40,910 nucleotides of DNA from Myxococcota bacterium (GCA_049969675.1 JBMFOP010000015.1:1-40910); one strand, 5' to 3'. Positions 1 through 9,024 are shown, numbered from the stretch's first letter. Notes: a model not told the origin generated them from the letters alone. A program made the numbers and translations.

Positions 1-1211
1 ACCCATTCCTTGGCAGATTTATCCGCATCTTCTCTTGATACCCCTTCAAGCATATATTCTGTAGCCACTATACCTCTTAATGCCTTTCTGAATGCCACAT
101 CCCAATCCCTGACAAGTAGATATGATGGGTCTTTTAATACACCGGGCATATCCTCATTCATATAATATACAATCTTCTTTATCTTTCTATCTCTCACCTT
201 TAATAGATTTCCATTTTCATCTCTTGACTGTTCAAAAATATTCCATCTTGACATATTGTAATTTCTGGAGATTTCATTTAAACCCCAATGATTATCATAT
301 GATTCTCTATCAAGCCTGAAATACGCAAATCCAACATCAAAATATAAATCCGGAAAATTTGATGGTTCATAGGTACTGGGCTTAACCTTCAAGAAAGAAT
401 GCTTAAATGTAACTGGAATCTGACTGAGAACAACCGGATATGAATATTCATACCAGAGCGAATTTGGGGTTGGTGAAACAATCTCTGCGTTGATAATATC
501 CATATATCCATCCTGGGGGGTAATTGTAGAATTCTGCTGGTCCCAGAATACCGCTGGCTCTTTCTTCATATATGCATACATTGGGTCTGAATATTCCAGA
601 ATAAAATGATACCAATCAAACATCAGATTCTGAGACCAATCCACCCTTATATATTCTCTCTGCCACCAGAGTCTATCGGTGGTATTTTCCACAATTACAT
701 TATATTCTTCACCGGTGGTTGGGTTATACTGTCTCTGAATATCAAAGTGTGAGGTAATTCTGTATGCAGCAATGGGGGAACCAAAATACTTTTTTGAACT
801 CTTTACACAAAGATTTCCAGGGTCACATTCATTATCCTGATAGCAGGACTTTGCAGTTGCTGTATCCATAGTCTCAAGCTCTTCAGACCTGGTCCCGGCC
901 TTGAGACAGAAGCCCTTCTCTGTATTCATAATGGTCTCATAGGCTCTATAGGCATAAAGATAATTCTCGTCAATTACCCATCTAATCTTCTCAAGCTGAA
1001 ATCCCTCTTCACCAATAAATGTCCACTTGGCATCATACGGATGGTCAACCACTGTCACTTTATAGTACCAGTAGCCATCCAGCCAGCTCTTCTTGATTGG
1101 ATATTGCTGGACATAGGACCTCTCCGGTCTCTGCTCTGCACAGCTAAATAAGAAGTTGATAATCAATACAGCTGTCAGAGTCAACATCAATAAGTTCTTC
1201 CTTCTCAACAT
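1..1211 (-). CDS. Large lipoprotein, probable myxobacterial-type zinc-dependent metalloprotease (EcxA/DUF4953-like); 3' end runs off the window
   Basis: Not in the ORF track. ATG at 1211 with AAGGAGGT Shine-Dalgarno at 1218-1225, and the frame stays open to base 1. Translation: MLRRKNLLMLTLTAVLIINFLFSC (lipobox) AEQRPERSYVQQYPIKKSWLDGYWYYKVTVVD...AAYRITSHFDIQRQYNPTTGEEYNVIVENTTDRLWWQREYIRVDWSQN...KKIVYYMNEDMP...RDWDVAFRKA. The HExxH motif would lie outside the window. Confidence 0.75.
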   Translation of the reverse strand, partial: MLRRKNLLMLTLTAVLIINFLFSCAEQRPERSYVQQYPIKKSWLDGYWYYKVTVVDHPYDAKWTFIGEEGFQLEKIRWVIDENYLYAYRAYETIMNTEKGFCLKAGTRSEELETMDTATAKSCYQDNECDPGNLCVKSSKKYFGSPIAAYRITSHFDIQRQYNPTTGEEYNVIVENTTDRLWWQREYIRVDWSQNLMFDWYHFILEYSDPMYAYMKKEPAVFWDQQNSTITPQDGYMDIINAEIVSPTPNSLWYEYSYPVVLSQIPVTFKHSFLKVKPSTYEPSNFPDLYFDVGFAYFRLDRESYDNHWGLNEISRNYNMSRWNIFEQSRDENGNLLKVRDRKIKKIVYYMNEDMPGVLKDPSYLLVRDWDVAFRKALRGIVATEYMLEGVSREDADKSAKEW

Positions 1212-1239
1212 AACAATACCTCCTTAAATGACGTTTTAA

Positions 1240-2355
1240 TTATAAAACAAAACTGACATCAAAATACAATGTTGTGTAATTGTCGTAAGTGTTCCTCCAG
1301 AATGGATTATTTGTATAGGTGCTATCTGGCAACAATTGTGGCTGGAAGGTATCAAGTCCAAAATCTACCATCAACCATTTGAATATCTGATAATCCAGTT
1401 CTATATTGAAATCTATACTATCCCTCGTGCCGCGCTTACCACCAGCATAGAGCTCATAAGCCCAGCCATTTATCACCCAGAAATAACCTACAAATGAGAG
1501 CTTCTCTGTTATTGTGATAGAGCCGGAAAATATGTGTGCTACCTGATATTCAAGATTTGTATTTCCGGTATTCAGATAATCTGCTGTCTTCACCCTTAAT
1601 GGATATTGCCTATAATATCCGCCTGAACTCCCCTCTACCTGTGAGGTAGTATACTTGTGCCAGTTTTTATAAAATCTAAAATCATACCCTAAAAAGAGCC
1701 TCTGTGTCTCCGGCTTACCCTTCTCTCCAAAAAACCCCTTTGATATACCGAGGTCAATCATATTTCCCCATCTAAGTGTTGCAAACTGACTCGCCTTGGA
1801 TGTAGGGAAAGATGTCCTGAATAGACCGGATAGAACAATATCAGTAAACTTTTCCCTATATAACTCAGGGAATACAAATTCAACCCTTCCATCTGAGAGC
1901 AATGTCTCATATTGATAGGATGTGGTATCTGAATTGGTCACCTCTTTTGAAAGGTCAATTCTGCCGCTTATATAAAAGAAATCTGTCCAGGGGAGATTGA
2001 CCTTAGGCAACAATTTTAAAGAGAGTGTGGAGAGTGGATTATCTGGATTAATACCAAAACTGTTTCCAAAACCCACTGCTGAGCCGGTAAACAGCTCCTT
2101 TTTGGGCTTATTCTCCGATGATTGATTATTTGGAGTATTAACAGTTGTCTCGGCAGATGTCTGTGGTGAAGCCTCTTTCTTCTCCTCCTCTTTCATCCCT
2201 TCGTCCTTCTTCACCTCTTCTCTATTTTGCTGTTCTGAGGTTGTAACTGAAGTCTGGCTTTCTGATGTCTTATCTGAAGAGCCCTCCTGAGCATAGAGAG
2301 AGAATCCGAAGAGGGTAGAAATCAATATCAAAAATATTATTCTGGCGGGTCTCAT
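1240..2355 (-). CDS. Exported protein, probable outer-membrane beta-barrel with acidic/low-complexity N-terminal linker
   Basis: 371 aa with signal peptide (FSLYA-Q), E/K/S/T-rich linker, aromatic alternating strands and C-terminus LYFDVSFVL. AAGGAGG SD upstream. Confidence 0.6.
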   Translation of the reverse strand: MRPARIIFLILISTLFGFSLYAQEGSSDKTSESQTSVTTSEQQNREEVKKDEGMKEEEKKEASPQTSAETTVNTPNNQSSENKPKKELFTGSAVGFGNSFGINPDNPLSTLSLKLLPKVNLPWTDFFYISGRIDLSKEVTNSDTTSYQYETLLSDGRVEFVFPELYREKFTDIVLSGLFRTSFPTSKASQFATLRWGNMIDLGISKGFFGEKGKPETQRLFLGYDFRFYKNWHKYTTSQVEGSSGGYYRQYPLRVKTADYLNTGNTNLEYQVAHIFSGSITITEKLSFVGYFWVINGWAYELYAGGKRGTRDSIDFNIELDYQIFKWLMVDFGLDTFQPQLLPDSTYTNNPFWRNTYDNYTTLYFDVSFVL

Positions 2356-2460
2356 TGTTCCTCCTTATCTAAAAAACAGGTAATCTCATTATTACTAAAA
2401 AAATTCTTATGCAAGTTTAAAAACCAGAAATTTAGCATTCTTACGCCAAAGATGTCATAA

Positions 2461-2545
2461 TGCCGGGGGCGGGAATCGAACCCGCACATCCTTTTGGGAC
2501 GAGGGATTTTAAGTCCCTTGCGTCTACCAGTTCCGCCACCCCGGC
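2461..2545 (-). tRNA. tRNA-Leu (anticodon TAA), CCA not encoded
   Basis: Reverse complement GCCGGGGTGGCGGAACTGGTAGACGCAAGGGACTTAAAATCCCTCGTCCCAAAAGGATGTGCGGGTTCGATTCCCGCCCCCGGCA shows the acceptor stem, D-loop GG, anticodon stem AGGGA/TCCCT with loop CT-TAA-AA, a long variable arm and GTTCGA T-loop. It is followed by TTA rather than CCA. Confidence 0.97.
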
Positions 2546-2628
2546 AGAAGTCCACATAAAGAAATCGGACAGATGATGCAAAAAATCATAATTCAAAAGC
2601 TATGTCAAGCAGTAAATAGATGTCAAAT

Positions 2629-2902
2629 AACTTCAGTCCAAAATAAATTTTTTTGATATGAAGGCCTCAGCAGGGTAGAACTATTCTGTCAATCAAAAAA
2701 CCCTGGAAGGAGGCTACTTATGAATAAATATAGCAGCATTTTTGGACAAATCTATGATTGGCGTAAGCAAATGCTACAGATGTTTTCAAAAAATGCCTTT
2801 TACAAGGTAGTATATGAGACGAAGGCTGATTATGGAACAAAATGATTTATTTATTGGGAGCAATCTGTAGCGATATTGTCTTGCCAAATTAGAATTCTTT
2901 AA
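2629..2902 (+). mobile_element. Degenerate IS4-family (DUF4372-type) insertion sequence remnant: possible left end plus truncated transposase 5' fragment
   Basis: AAGGAGG SD then ATG 2720: MNKYSSIFGQI-YDWRKQM-LQMFSKNAFYKVVYETKADYGTK*FIYWEQSVAILSCQIR. This resembles the DUF4372 N-terminus (S.F.Q.L....F...V....KGF..W.QFVAMLFCQL), with TGA at 2843-2845 where Gly is expected. CTTCAGTCCAAAATAA at 2631-2646 resembles a terminal inverted repeat. Confidence 0.7.
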
Positions 2903-3093
2903 TCTTAAGTTCTATACAAATGTGCGGAAGATTTTTCAAGGTTTTCAATCCCGGCTATGCCGAATCAAGAAATATTTACAGAATTTTTCAAAAACTAATG
3001 TGAAACATATTCTATTCATAGAAAGCCCTGAATTACCTATTGTAATTTTGAGATTTTGTGATAATATATAAAGTCTACTGACGGGAGAATCTG

Positions 3094-5322
3094 ATGGCAG
3101 AAGAACTAAATAAAGAGATAGAAAGTCCACTTAAATCTCAGGATGAGGCTCTGGATTTAAGAGAGCTCTGGATTGTCATATTAAAGAGGAGATGGGCTAT
3201 TACCATATTCTTCCTTGTGGCAATGACTGTGGTGATGATATATACATTGAAGCAACAGAAGATATATCAGGCTACCGCCTCTATTGTCATTGAACCACAG
3301 GCTCCTGAGGTCCTCTCCGGGGTAAGAGAGGTTGTGGACCTCGGCACAGGTGGATACTGGACCAACAAAGAATTTTACGAGACCCAATATAACATTATTA
3401 AATCGCGTGCCATTGCAAAGAGGGTTATAGATAAACTCGGTCTTGATAAAGATGCCCATTTTTTAGGGCTTGACAGGATAAAAGACCCTCTCAAGAGAGA
3501 ACAAGTAGCAAAGAAGGTGGACCCTGTAAAGATTCTTATCTCCAAGATCACAGTTGAACCAGTCAAAAATTCAAGAATGGTCTATATAAAGGTTGAAGAC
3601 TCCAACCCCGAATTTGCAGCCCTGCTTGCCAACTCTATCGCCAGCGCATATATGGAGGCAAATCTGGATACAAAGTTAGATGCCACAAGGAGTGCAGGTG
3701 ACTGGTTGAGCGATCAGCTTCAGGACTTAAAAGAGAAGGTAGAAAAATCAGAGAGCGCCCTGCACAATTTTAAGAAGGAGCATAATATTCTCTCAGTCTC
3801 TCTGGAAGATAATCAGAATATGCTCTCACAACGATTGAGAAGTCTCTCCGAATCGCTCAACAGGATGGAGGTCCAGAAGATAGAACTAAAGTCTATGAGA
3901 GATATCGTGGTCAAGGTGAGAGATGACCCATCCAGGATTGAGACAATTGATATAGTCAATCAGAATGCCCTTATTCAGAAACTTAAAGAAGAATATATAA
4001 AGACGAGAAGTACCTTTCTTGATATAGCGGAGAAGTATGGGGAGAAACATCAGAAATATCAGGTTGCGAAGAAGCAGCTGGATCTTGTTGAGGCAAATAT
4101 AAAGCAGGAGATGAATAATATCATTGAGAGTTTTGAAAATAAATACAACGCTACTGTAAGTGCTATAAATGAATTGAAGAAGGCAATTGAGGAGACCAAA
4201 CAACAGGCGATGGATCTGAATAAATTGGAGGTAGATTATATCAAGTTAAAGAGAGAGGCAGAAAACAATCTCAACCTTTACCAGATTGTTCTAAAGAGGC
4301 AGAAAGAGACTGATTTGACCGGATTATTAAAGGCAAATAATGTCAGGAAGTTAGACAGTGCCCTTGTACCGACAGTACCAATCAAACCCAGACTCAATAT
4401 CAATCTACTTATTGGAACTCTCATCGGGGTCTTTGGTGGAATCGCACTTGCCTTCTTCCTTGAGAGGGTTGACAATACAATTAAGACTCAGGAAGATATT
4501 GAGAGATATCTAAAACTCCCATTTCTGGGGCTCATTCCACTCATTAAGGAGGACGATGTTAAGACATTGGAACAGAAGGGTATTCCAAAAGACCTATTTA
4601 TAACCGAATTCCCAAAATCCTCAGTAGCAGAGAGCTGTAGAGCCATCAGGACCAATCTGATGTTTTTGAGTGCCGAGAAGAGGATGAAGGCAATAGTTGT
4701 CACAAGTGCGGGACCTCAGGACGGCAAGACAATTACGGCGATATCTCTCGCAATCTCTCTTGCACAGACGGGGAAAAGTGTCCTGATTGTTGATACGGAT
4801 ATGAGAAAGCCGAGGATCCATAAGGCGTTTGGTCTTGAAAATTCAAATGGTATATCAAATTACCTGATTAGTGATATCTCCCTATCAGAGGTGGTAATTC
4901 CATCTGGCATAGCAAATCTCTCTGTATGCCCGTGCGGGCCCATCCCACCCAATCCAGCCGAGCTGATGTATACTCAGAGATTCAGAGAATTTGTCAGAGA
5001 TGCAAAAGAGACATTTGATATTGTCATCTTTGATTCACCTCCTGTTGCAGCAGTGACAGACGGTGTGGTAATTTCCAAGATAGTAGATGGTGTTATTATA
5101 GTTACCAAGGCGAAGAAGACGACCAGAAATGCTGTACTGCAGGTCAAAAAGCAACTCAGAGATGTCAACGCACATATCATAGGTGCAATTCTGAATGAGA
5201 TTGACCTTGAAAGTAAAGAGTACAACTACTACTATTACTCATATTACTACAGACATTATGGTTATTACTACGGTGCAGACAAATATGAAAAAGACAGGAA
5301 GAAGAAACTTATCGGTTTGTAA
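3094..5322 (+). CDS. wzc: Wzc/GumC-family polysaccharide co-polymerase with fused BY-kinase (tyrosine autokinase)
   Basis: 742 aa with Wzz-type N-terminal TM, coiled-coil periplasmic part and second TM after PIKPR. Walker A GPQDGKT, A' IVDTDMRKP, B IFDSPP, and a C-terminal Tyr cluster. Confidence 0.93.
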   Translation: MAEELNKEIESPLKSQDEALDLRELWIVILKRRWAITIFFLVAMTVVMIYTLKQQKIYQATASIVIEPQAPEVLSGVREVVDLGTGGYWTNKEFYETQYNIIKSRAIAKRVIDKLGLDKDAHFLGLDRIKDPLKREQVAKKVDPVKILISKITVEPVKNSRMVYIKVEDSNPEFAALLANSIASAYMEANLDTKLDATRSAGDWLSDQLQDLKEKVEKSESALHNFKKEHNILSVSLEDNQNMLSQRLRSLSESLNRMEVQKIELKSMRDIVVKVRDDPSRIETIDIVNQNALIQKLKEEYIKTRSTFLDIAEKYGEKHQKYQVAKKQLDLVEANIKQEMNNIIESFENKYNATVSAINELKKAIEETKQQAMDLNKLEVDYIKLKREAENNLNLYQIVLKRQKETDLTGLLKANNVRKLDSALVPTVPIKPRLNINLLIGTLIGVFGGIALAFFLERVDNTIKTQEDIERYLKLPFLGLIPLIKEDDVKTLEQKGIPKDLFITEFPKSSVAESCRAIRTNLMFLSAEKRMKAIVVTSAGPQDGKTITAISLAISLAQTGKSVLIVDTDMRKPRIHKAFGLENSNGISNYLISDISLSEVVIPSGIANLSVCPCGPIPPNPAELMYTQRFREFVRDAKETFDIVIFDSPPVAAVTDGVVISKIVDGVIIVTKAKKTTRNAVLQVKKQLRDVNAHIIGAILNEIDLESKEYNYYYYSYYYRHYGYYYGADKYEKDRKKKLIGL

Positions 5323-5411
5323 TATAGATGTAATTTCTATGTTGACGGGGATCAATATGGCATTAACTTTCATATTATAGTATATCCCACTCTTTATTAA
5401 AGGAGGAATAA

Positions 5412-5519
5412 GTGGCAAGGTCCAAAAGTAAACACAGAAGAATGAAGATGAAGAGGAGAATCAAATACAAAAAAAAGATGAAGAGATTAAAAAAGGCAAA
5501 TAAAGTTAGAGAGAAGTAG
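5412..5519 (+). CDS. 35-aa highly basic small protein (possible nucleic-acid-binding or small ribosomal-type protein)
   Basis: Not in the ORF track. Strong SD AAGGAGG ends at 5406, then GTG 5412 to TAG 5519: MARSKSKHRRMKMKRRIKYKKKMKRLKKANKVREK. Confidence 0.75.
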   Translation: MARSKSKHRRMKMKRRIKYKKKMKRLKKANKVREK

Positions 5520-5615
5520 AAGTAAGTCTTGACAAAAAATTATTACAATTTTAACAGCCTTTTGAGATGGTTGTTGGAAGATTTTTATTACCTATCCCTA
5601 TTTCTTGAGAATTAA

Positions 5616-7322
5616 ATGAAAATTGTTAAAAAAGAGTTAGATAGGCTTTCCTTTGAGGAGTTTGAAGGGCTATCCATTGAAGAGAAATTGACTCTTCTCC
5701 CATTATTACCACCGAAGAGGCGATTTGACTTCCTCACAGATTCTAAAGACGCCGATATACTTGTAAAAGAATCCCCTGTTATAGATCTTATGGTAACTAT
5801 TAAGGAGATAGGAGTTGCTGGATCAGGTGCCTTACTATCTTTGTGTGATAGTGAGCAGATTCAGTATTTTATAGATCTGGACACATGGAACGGATATAGC
5901 TTTGATAAGAGCAGAATGCACCAGTATATGATGGTGATGAGAGAGTGGAGTCTGGATACACTGATTGAAAAGTATACAGGTCTTGAATATGAACAGCAAC
6001 TCATCTATCTTATGGGAGATTTCAAGGTCTATCTCTCGGGGGAAGACTTTAATCCAGATGAAGGTGCACCAGAGGGGACATTTACCATAGAAGGTGTATA
6101 TTATATACAACCACTCTGTGACGAGGAGAAATTTCTTCTGGTAAAGGAGATTCTAACTCAAATCTTCTCAACCGACCATAATCTATATCTAAGATTGGTT
6201 GAAGGTATCAGACAGGAGCTTTATTCCAATCTTGAAGAGGACCTATACAGATTCAGGTCCTCAAGAATCACAGAGCTGGGATTTTATGAATATGAAGAGG
6301 CTATAGGTATCTATTCTGAGCCAACCGGTATAACGAGGGATATAATACCCAAAAGGGTAGAACCATTTGTCTATTCCAGACTGCCCATCAGATATATCAA
6401 AGATATGGAATTCATTAGTTCTGAATTTGAATCTATTGAGGAGAGGACTGCCCTTGAGATACTCTTTGAACTTCAGGTATTGATAAATCGTCTTATTGTA
6501 GCGGATAGACTTGAGATGTTTGAGATAGAATCTGTGGAGGAGTCCTCTTCTAAAGTAAAATCAATACTCAGACTTGGAATAGATGTAATAAAGAACGAAC
6601 TCGGGATTAATCCGTCTGAGGCATTAAAAAGATTTTATGTGATTGACATATTCAGACACGGCTATAAAAAATTGAAATTCATAAGAGATGAGGCAAGAAG
6701 AATAAAGAGTATTCACACATATCTAAAATATACAGAACTCCCTCTGTATTTTGAGGCGCTACTTAAGATAGCCAATACAAATTTTTCTGAGATTGATATG
6801 AGAGATATATTTTCTGACGCCATCTCCCAATACCCACAATCCATTGATGAAATAAATAAATTACACGAACTCCTGCTTGAGATTGAGGCATCACTTGATA
6901 TTCTGATTAAGTGCTATGATGTTACTCTTGAAGAACTACAGAAACTTGACAAAAAGGATACCAATATCCCACCTGATTCAAAACCTACATTGTTTAATAT
7001 ATTGATGACACCACTTGCAAATATGCTGCTTGGATATGGGGCTATCTATCGTCCTGTTGATATACAGGGGATTAAAAGATTATGTGAAGAATCGTTTATT
7101 AGAGATGCAGGAGAGGTCTTTTTAAGCGAAAGATTCTTGAAGAGGCTTGAAGATGAGATATTTATAAAGCTCAAAGAGAATAATCCGAGATATCAGTTTG
7201 CAAGAAGGATTATTGGTAGGACAGTTGAGGAGTATCTTGCCGAGATGGGCAGGATTACAGATTTTAGTGAATTAAGGTGGGAATATATTTCTATAATCCT
7301 TGTTAAAAAGAACCGATTTTAG
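5616..7322 (+). CDS. DUF6178-family protein (deltaproteobacterial/myxobacterial conserved hypothetical)
   Basis: 568 aa. Motifs TIKEIG....LL......EQ.QYF.DLD.W and E.EE..YRFR..R..ELGF..YEEA..IY match this family as I recall it. Confidence 0.75.
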   Translation: MKIVKKELDRLSFEEFEGLSIEEKLTLLPLLPPKRRFDFLTDSKDADILVKESPVIDLMVTIKEIGVAGSGALLSLCDSEQIQYFIDLDTWNGYSFDKSRMHQYMMVMREWSLDTLIEKYTGLEYEQQLIYLMGDFKVYLSGEDFNPDEGAPEGTFTIEGVYYIQPLCDEEKFLLVKEILTQIFSTDHNLYLRLVEGIRQELYSNLEEDLYRFRSSRITELGFYEYEEAIGIYSEPTGITRDIIPKRVEPFVYSRLPIRYIKDMEFISSEFESIEERTALEILFELQVLINRLIVADRLEMFEIESVEESSSKVKSILRLGIDVIKNELGINPSEALKRFYVIDIFRHGYKKLKFIRDEARRIKSIHTYLKYTELPLYFEALLKIANTNFSEIDMRDIFSDAISQYPQSIDEINKLHELLLEIEASLDILIKCYDVTLEELQKLDKKDTNIPPDSKPTLFNILMTPLANMLLGYGAIYRPVDIQGIKRLCEESFIRDAGEVFLSERFLKRLEDEIFIKLKENNPRYQFARRIIGRTVEEYLAEMGRITDFSELRWEYISIILVKKNRF

Positions 7323-7350
7323 TTGACAGTAAAGGAATAATAAATAAACT
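7323..7350 (+). promoter_or_regulatory. sigma70-type promoter for pal-cpoB
   Basis: TTGACA (7323-7328), 16-nt spacer, TAAACT (7345-7350), then GAGGAGGT SD before ATG 7381. Confidence 0.6.
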
Positions 7351-7380
7351 CGCCTGTTGTAAGAATTGAGGAGGTAATAT

Positions 7381-8151
7381 ATGTCAAAAAAATTATTATT
7401 GGTAGTTAGCGTAATTCTTTCAGTGTTATTATTGACTGCCTGTCCACCAAAGTTTCCAAATTGCAAGACCGATGAAAATTGCAAATCATTTGAGAACAAT
7501 GAAGGTAAGGTGGTATGTGTAAATGGTATGTGTCAGGAGTGTGGCAAAGATGAGGACTGTGGATATGGAAAGATATGCAAATTCAATAAATGTGAGGTCA
7601 AACCTGAGTGTATAAATGACGCCGATTGCTCAGGAGGAATGCTCTGCAAAAATAATAAGTGTGTCCCTGAGTGCACAATGGATTCAGATTGCACCGGTGG
7701 GAAGATATGTGAGGGGGTTAGATGTGTCCCCGCCCAGTGTGTAAAGAATGAGGACTGCACCGAAGGAAAGATATGTGAATCTGGGAGATGTATTCAGAAG
7801 ATGATTGAGAAGAAGGAAGAAGAATGTACAATTGAGAGTATACATTTTGAGTTTGACAGATATGATATAACCTCTGAAGCCGCTGATATACTCAAAAGGA
7901 ATGCAGATTGTATCAAGAAGAAGGGTATAAAGAAGATTACCATTGAGGGCAATTGTGATGAGAGGGGAACCACAGAATATAATATGTCACTCGGTCAGAA
8001 GAGGGCAGAGGCGGCAAAGAAATATCTCAAAAATCTTGGTGTCGGGATAAAGATAGATACAATCAGTTATGGTAAGGAGAGACCTATCTGCAGAGAATCA
8101 AATGAGGAGTGCTGGGCAAAAAACAGAAGAGATGACTTTGTGACAAAATAG
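7381..8151 (+). CDS. pal: Pal/OmpA-family peptidoglycan-associated lipoprotein with N-terminal Cys-rich repeats
   Basis: Lipobox LLTAC and five C-x2-D/N-x-D/N-C...C-x4-C repeats. OmpA-C domain with IHFEFD, EGNCDERGTTEYNMSLGQKRA, ISYGKERP and WAKNRR. cpoB follows directly. Confidence 0.88.
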   Translation: MSKKLLLVVSVILSVLLLTACPPKFPNCKTDENCKSFENNEGKVVCVNGMCQECGKDEDCGYGKICKFNKCEVKPECINDADCSGGMLCKNNKCVPECTMDSDCTGGKICEGVRCVPAQCVKNEDCTEGKICESGRCIQKMIEKKEEECTIESIHFEFDRYDITSEAADILKRNADCIKKKGIKKITIEGNCDERGTTEYNMSLGQKRAEAAKKYLKNLGVGIKIDTISYGKERPICRESNEECWAKNRRDDFVTK

Positions 8152-8169
8152 CCCGACCCTTATTAAGTA

Positions 8170-9024
8170 ATGAAAAATATATTCTTTTCAAAAATCTTAT
8201 TGTTTCTTGTGTTGCCTGTATCGTTTATTCTGAGCGGATGTTTTATCTTTATGTCCCGTGATGAAGGCGAACAGATGAAGGAGGAGATAAATCAACTCAA
8301 GACCGAACTTAAAAATCTAAAGGAGAAGCAATCAGTTGACCAGAAATCTCTTGAAGAGAAGATTCAAAATTACGATAAAGAGGCTCAGAGGCTCTCACAG
8401 TCTCTTGAGAATATCAGAAGCACATACGGCAGCAATGTGGCTGATTTCGGTGTCCAACTCGACAAGGTAGTTAATTCAATTATGGAATTAAATGGAAAGT
8501 ACGAATTAAATGTACACAGAATTGATGAACTTAACAACGAACTTTCAAAACTAAAAGAGACATACTCAAAGATCATAAATACACCTGCCCAGAGATTGGA
8601 GAAGGCTGCGGAGAAGACGGAAAAGCTCTCCGAGATAAAGAGACCTTCAAGCCGTAAAGAATATATCGCCCTCGGGAAGAAATTTTTGAACGAAAAACAG
8701 TGGGAGGCTTCAAGGATTATATTTGAAGAGGCACTGGATAAATGGAACGATGCCGGAAAATATGAGATTATTATGTTGATTGCAGAGAGTTATTACAGGG
8801 AAGGGAAGTTTCAGAATGCCATATTAGAGTATGAAAAGATAATAAAAGATAACCCCAAAAATTTTAGCGAAATGGATGAGGTATTATTTAAGATGGGGAT
8901 ATCTTTTATTAATATCTCTCTCAAAGATGATGGTAAAGGCATCCTGGAGGAGTTAATCAAGAATTATCCAAAATCAAAATATTCCTCTATGGCTCAGAAG
9001 AAATTGAAGGAGATAAAGAAGTAG
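8170..9024 (+). CDS. cpoB: CpoB/YbgF-like Tol-Pal associated coiled-coil + TPR lipoprotein
   Basis: Lipobox LSGC, N-terminal coiled coil and C-terminal TPR (AESYYREGKFQNAILEY...LFKMGISF...LIKNYPKS). It sits directly after pal. Confidence 0.8.
   Translation: MKNIFFSKILLFLVLPVSFILSGCFIFMSRDEGEQMKEEINQLKTELKNLKEKQSVDQKSLEEKIQNYDKEAQRLSQSLENIRSTYGSNVADFGVQLDKVVNSIMELNGKYELNVHRIDELNNELSKLKETYSKIINTPAQRLEKAAEKTEKLSEIKRPSSRKEYIALGKKFLNEKQWEASRIIFEEALDKWNDAGKYEIIMLIAESYYREGKFQNAILEYEKIIKDNPKNFSEMDEVLFKMGISFINISLKDDGKGILEELIKNYPKSKYSSMAQKKLKEIKK

Noticed and set aside
122..319. 65-aa plus-strand ORF
   Set aside because: It is antisense to the real minus-strand lipoprotein gene (1-1211).
2352..2555. 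67-aa minus-strand ORF
   Set aside because: It overlaps tRNA-Leu and is a spurious translation of the tRNA.
2843..2845. In-frame TGA as selenocysteine or an alternative genetic code
   Set aside because: It lies in a truncated IS fragment, and TGA ends many intact genes here at the expected C-termini.
2461..2902. tRNA-anchored genomic island
   Set aside because: There is no integrase and no duplicated tRNA 3' end, and the IS relic lies on the tRNA 5' side.
2952..2962. CGGC-TAT-GCCG mini-hairpin as an IS end or terminator
   Set aside because: The stem is only 4 bp, with no U-tract and no matching partner repeat.
5195..5380. 61-aa Thr-rich ORF
   Set aside because: It is an alternate-frame reading of the Wzc tyrosine cluster.
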